64,000 nucleotides of DNA from Rhynchopus sp. YZ270_cl-10 (Eukaryota), in contig OZ037842.1 of the NCBI GenBank assembly GCA_964035575.1, positions 558,001 through 622,000 of the forward strand, in the 5' to 3' direction. The notes beneath the pieces were generated by a model that saw only the letters and a program-made list of their open reading frames with translations, ran no database searches and was not told where the DNA came from. How positions within the stretch are numbered: position 1 is the stretch's first letter; each line of letters opens with the position of its first letter. This document shows positions 58,301 through 64,000 of the stretch, piece by piece. Made by a program: the position numbers and the translations under genes.

Positions 58301-61300
58301 CGTCCAAGGCTCGTTGCATTCACAGCGGCAAGTGCGCCCGTCAGTCACCACGTTCGCAACATTAGCGACCGTGCAGCCAGCTTGCTGTGCGGTGCACTCA
58401 GTGCAGGTTACAACCTCCACACCGACCACAGTGTAGTGGTTGGCGACACACACAGAACAGTCGCTGGCCTCGGCGAAGTTCGATGGGCACGTCTCGCAGG
58501 CGTCTCCTGCCCAGTGGTTTCTGCAGTTGCATTTGCAGGTGGGGTGGAGCAGCACAGACGTCGCACGGTTGTTGCAAGAGGTGACAACGTTGCATGGCTC
58601 GCAGCCGGGGAACCCTGTTCTGCCTGGGGCACATGCATCACAGTTGTCACCGCTGTATTTGGCTGGGCACACAGAGCAGTCCTTACCCATCCACTTGCTC
58701 TGACACTCGCAGATGCATTCGTTGTTCACAGCTGTCACATTATGTGCCCTGTCGCCATTGCAGTGTCTCTCTGTTGTGCACTCTTCACAGCTGAGGATGG
58801 CAGCTACACCCACAAGACCCGACTCTTGTGCGGGCAGCGATGGCACAAGGATGTAGTCAGCAAGGCACTCAAGGCATTCCAGCGCAGAGTCGTGACCCAC
58901 TTCGCAGTCAGTGCACGCACCCAAAGCATCAATCCTGTAGGGGTACTTGCATGTGCACACACACGTGTTGTCATGCGAAACGACAGCCCGTGCCTTGTTC
59001 GCCCCACCACAGTGCCTTGCCAGGGTGCACTGAACGCATACACCACCCTCACTGACGTAGCCGTTCGTGCATGTCTTGCAGTTGGTCGAAGCATCGTAGC
59101 CTGCCTTGCAGACACAGATGCATGCACCCTCAGAGACAGCGACGGTGTCGGCATTTCCGTTGCAGGTGGTAGCAGTCGTGCACTGTGAGCAGGCAGGTGC
59201 CTGGCCGATGTACAGCTTCCCGGCATCGCATTCATTGCAGTCGACCCCAGTGTAGGGCTCCACACATTCGCCACATCTGTCTCCAGACCATTGGTTTCTG
59301 CACGTGCCGCACACGCATGATTGCTTGTCGCCGCTCACCTGAGGGCTGACCGCATTGTCGTTGCACCTCTTCGCACTTGTGCAGGGCAGGCAGTCGGGGT
59401 AGCTGTACCTCCCAGCAGCGCACGCCTTGCATGTGGCGTCAAATTTGCGTGTGTCACAAGTCTGACACCTGTCACCCTTCCACTGCCCATCACAGGTACA
59501 CAGGCACTGTGTGCGATCAGCTGAAGCAACAACGCTTCCATGTGCAGAGCACCCCAGACCAGACGTAAGGTCAGCGTCGCATGCTGTGCAGAGCGGGTAG
59601 TTGATTCTGTCCGCTGCACAGCTGCTGCATGTAGTCTGGTTGAACTTTGTCGGGCACGAGGCACAAGCAGGTCCTTCCCACTGCTCTGTGCAGACGCATC
59701 TACATGTCTGCTGGATGCCAGTGAACACAATAGAAGCGTGGCTATTGCAGTGCGTGTCTGTAGAACATGCCGTGCACTCCCCACTGGCAAGCTTTGTATA
59801 TCCTGGTGCACAGAACTGACACCGCAGCCCGCGGTAGCCTGGCTTGCAGCTGCATTCGCACCTGACAGCGTTGATGACAAGGGAGCTCGCGCTCACGGAG
59901 TCGGCGTTGCCAGTGCAGTGCTGTGCCACAGTGCATTCTGTGCATTCTGGGTAGTGGACACGGTTATCGGCACACCTGTTGCATCTTCCTGTGTGTGCTG
60001 CCGTAAACTGCGAAGGACACGTGGCACAGTTGGACGCAGCCGTCAGCTGGTCGTTGCATTCACAAACGCAGACACCATCGACCGACGTGACAAGGGAAGC
60101 TGCATTGCTGCAATGTGCTGCAGTAGAGCATGCCACACACCCGCCGTCCCCCGACACGTATCCATTGGCACAGGCTGTGCACCCGGTGGACGCGTTGTAG
60201 CCAGTGGTGCAGGTCTCACATCTGTCCCCAGTCCACTTTGCATCGCAGACACAGGTACACGCGTTTCCAGACGTGTCCACAGATGTAGCACGTCCAAGGC
60301 AGTGCAGAGCGTTGCTGCACGTTGTGCACGCGGGTGCCACACCCGTCGCAGTGGCACTGCATCCCGAGCAGTCATTGCTACTGTCGAAGGTGGCGTCACA
60401 CACTGAGCAACTGTCCCCCGACCAGTAGTTGCGACAGACGCACATGCACGTCACACCGTCGGAGTATACAACGCCTTGGCCGGAGCAGTTCGTGGTTGAG
60501 GAGCACCCCAGGCAGCTGTCGCCTGATTTGAAGTATCCATTCGCACACGTGTCGCACAGCCCTGTGCTGGAGTCGTAGTTCGAGGGACACACATTGCACT
60601 CCGCCCCTGTCCACGGCGGCTTGCAGGTCCCACAGATGCACTCTAGTCCAGTTGTGTCAGCGTATACGTGTGCGTCTGAGAGAGCGTGTCCGTGGCAGTG
60701 TTCGCTGCTTGTGCACAGCTCGCAAGTCACTTCACCCGATCCTGTCGCGGACACGGCCTGAACAAGTCCCGATGCGCACGGCAAACAATGATCCCCCTCC
60801 TGCTTGTACAAAAGCGTGTCGCATTCATCACACCTAGCACCAGTCCATCTCTCCGTACACTGGCAAAGGCACACTGCTGCAGGGTCGTTCGCAGCAAGGG
60901 CTGGGACGTCCACAGCAGACGTGTACGTGGAGGTGTGTCCTGCAATGCAGTACTCCCCGCAGTGCACGCAGTAGGGGTAGTTGACGTAGCCAGGCAAACA
61001 CTCGGAGCAAGCGTCACCCGCGTAGGGGTGTGGGCACTGCGAGCATGCGTCCCCTGTCCACTTGTGTGCACATTCGCACTGGCACTTTGCATTGCCCCCA
61101 ACACTCCACACTGCCTCAGAGTTACCGTTGCAGTGGGCGATGTCGGTGCAGCGCACACACTCCCCACTGCCGACCTTTTCGAAGTTCGCCTCGCACACCG
61201 TGCAGGCGTTGCCAGTGTAGCCGGCTTTGCATTCGCACACACATGTGTCAGCTTCGACGTAGGCCACCCCTGTTGTGCCCGTGCCTGTGCACTGGCATTG

Positions 61301-64000
61301 ATTGCATGTAGGGTAATCAACTCTGCCTGCAGCGCACTTGTCGCAGTTTTCACCTGTGAACGCGTCTGGGCAAGTGCTGCAGTCGGGCGGAAGGAACGAC
61401 TTCCTGCAGGTGCACTCGCATCCGGTCATGTCTGCCGTGGGCTGCACGCTGAGGGCGTTTCTGCCACCACTGCAGTCAAGCGACTTCTTGCACTTGCGGC
61501 ATTTCCCCAACAACACACTCACGTACTCGCTGCTGCTGTCACACTCGGCACATGTTGGTCCTGTCCACCCTGGCCTGCACACACATTCGCACAGGCGGCT
61601 TGAGTTGAGCGAGACGTCGATAGCGTTCCCACTGCAGTGGAGGCGAACGTTGCACTTCGTACAGTCAGCATCATCAAGTCTGTCGCTTGCGCACTCGTTG
61701 CACGTATCTTGCTTGTACTTGTGGTCGCATCTATTGCACCTTGGCCCCATCCAGAAATCGGTGCACTGGCCACATTCACAACGCAGTCTGTCGTTCGAAG
61801 AAGTAACGCTAACTGCGTGCCCGTTGCAGAAGGTTCCAAGGTCACAGCGGGTGCACACAGGCAGGCCCTCCGCTCCATTGAACAAAGCAACAGAGCTCAC
61901 AACGAAACCCTTTGCACACTTCCTGCAGTCGGTAGAGCTGTCGTACTGTTGTGGACACGTTGCGCATGTGTCACCGGTCCATCCGTTCCTGCATGCACAG
62001 GTGCAGTTGCCAGTGGCATCTGTCCCGGACGGCACCCCGTTGCTGCTGCAGTCGTTCGTTGCCGTGCATTCTCTGCACACCAGGCTTCCGGCAACCATGG
62101 AAGATGCCCACTTATGTTTGCAGACAGCGCAGTCCCGCAGTGCGCTGTAACCTTCAGGACACGTCGCACAGTTCGTCGCCTCTTCGTAGTAGTTTCTGCA
62201 TGAGCAGCTGCACGACTCGCCGTCAGCAGCAAAGCTCACTTCCACACCGTTCCCGTTGCACGCTGACAGGGAACACCCGCATGCAGGGTACACCAACCCC
62301 ACCTCAGCACATTGCTGGCACTGTGCACCAGAGTACGGGTGCGGGCAGATGTCGCAGCTGTCCCCCACGTAGTGTCCGCTGCACTGGCAGCCACATGCAC
62401 CATCTTCTACGAAAGCAACGCCGTTGTTGCCACAGTGCGTGGTGTTCCCGGTGCACTGGAAGCACACGGGGTAGTGTGCATGGCCTTCTTTGCACGACGA
62501 GCACGTCTCGCCTTCTGTTTCGCAGCCAGCACAGAACTGTGGAGGGCAGTGCGTGCAGAGACCCTGTGCATCCTTCTCCCACGAGGCCTTGCATTCGCAT
62601 TCACAGGTGTCACCGCTTGCAGAGACTACCGATGCTGCGGCACCGGTGCCACAGTTGTACTCTGTTGCACACGACTTGCACGAAGCGCCCGACACGTAGT
62701 ACCCTGCTGCACAGCTTGAACATTCGCCGTCTGTAGGGTCGTAAGCGTCGGGACACGTCTCACAGCGGTCGCCCTGCCAGTTGTTCGCGCACACAGTACA
62801 CACACATCCGCCGTTCTCGGCAACGATGGTAGTCCCACGTCCATTGCACCATGCTGCGCTTGTGCACTTGGTGCACTGCACGGCCTTGCCGTTCTCAACA
62901 AGGCTCGGGTAGAAGCCACCAAGCGCGTCGCACTCAACACAGTCGGTAGCACTGTCAAACCCGTACGGACACACGTCACAGTCCGGGCCTGTCCACCTGT
63001 TGGGGCACGTGCACTTGCATGTTGTATGTGCAACATCGGTGGTGGGCACTCCTCTTCCTGAGCAGTCGCCACATTTTGTGCACGCAGGGTAGTCGACACG
63101 TAGTGAAGCACATGACGTGCATGCCGTGTCGTCGTACTTTGCAGGGCAGTGCGTGCATAGGGACTCGGACGTGTACTGACCTGCGCATTTGCACACACAC
63201 GCCGAGGCGTCGGTGTTGGGAATGGAAACGCCGTTGCCGTTGCACACCGCGTTCTCACATCTGGTGCACTCTGGTCCGGCGTGGTTCGCTGCACACTTGT
63301 CGCAGTTCGGCCCCGCAAAGTTGCTCGGGCACACTTCGCAACGCAAGCCGTCCCAGTTCCCGCTGCACCTACACACACAGCGCTTGCCGTCCAAGGATGT
63401 CTCCACCGAGTCTGAACGGTTGTTGCAGTGCAGCGGGATGCTGCAACCTACACAGCTGCTGCCAACAACGATATGCGCACTGGCACAGTCCTTGCAGTCC
63501 GTGGCGGCGTCGCGGGAGTCTGGGCAAACGTCACACGCATCACCTGCCCAGGAGTTGCGGCACGCACACACACACTTCGTCTGGTCGCTGTTAGAGGTGG
63601 TGGAGGCACAGTTGGGAGACAGTTCGCACTTGTGGCACAACTCATCTTGCCCCCTGATGTAGCCCACATCGCACAGCCCACACGACGAGCCTCTGTAGCC
63701 AGCATGGCAGCGGCACCCACACGACGACGCTGTCTTGCGGTAGGCTACCCCGTGGCCCTTGCAGTGCACGTCCCCAGCACACGCAGTGCACAGAGGGAAG
63801 TTGACGCGCGGGTCCTCACATTCATCGCAGCCCACCCCTGTGTACGGGGACGGGCACGTCCCGCACTGAAGCCCAGTGAACTTGCTATTGCACGTACACT
63901 CGCACACCCCGTCGGTAGAGAACACGAAGCTCGGGTCCGCGTTTCTCCCGTTGCAGTCTCCGTCATTTGTGCACTGTGTGCACGATGCTCCTGCGTAGCC
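43358..64000 (-). CDS. Giant EGF/laminin-EGF repeat single-pass membrane protein, 5' end outside the window, spliced
   Basis: The frame is open from 64000 to 48125. Four phase-0 GTATG..CAG introns (47973-48124, 47530-47600, 46657-46701, 46448-46491) join the ORFs to about 6,776 visible codons. It has dozens of CxCxxxWxGxxCxxC repeats, a C-type lectin domain, LamG-like and IPT/REJ-like segments, and a TM WVIIGVLLAAGAVALLVFVMLMCYC. Confidence 0.88.

Noticed and set aside
48188..63966. Many short alternative-frame and plus-strand ORFs over the giant gene
   Set aside because: They are shadow ORFs caused by Cys/Ala/Thr codon bias.

Overview
Eukaryotic genomic DNA, most consistent with a euglenozoan (diplonemid-like) protist. 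This is inferred from all genes lying on the minus strand, short GT(ATG)..CAG introns, AG dinucleotides just before several start codons, and a VIPER/TATE-order retroelement. The window contains: (1) a partial PPR-like gene; (2) an apparently intact 4.8-kb tyrosine-recombinase (YR) retrotransposon with gag-YR-RT/RNaseH order and split direct repeats A-B-A-B, integrated without TSD into a (GGGGTGGT)n microsatellite, with candidate -1 frameshift and UGA readthrough signals; (3) a PTEN-like phosphatase; (4) a repeat- and MITE-rich gap at 9-14 kb; (5) a spliced kinesin-1 heavy chain; (6) a SHIPPO/PGPG-repeat protein; (7) three tandem ferric-reductase/NOX-family genes, one with three DOMON domains; (8) a helical-repeat protein, a possible type II glycosyltransferase and a small secreted Cys-rich protein; (9) the 3' 20.6 kb of a giant (>6,700 aa) EGF-repeat single-pass surface protein. 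Intergenic DNA carries several TIR/TSD-defined MITEs, long palindromes with GNA-triloop cores, and a recurring same-strand stem-loop often located 3' of stop codons. All calls come from manual reading; no database searches were run.
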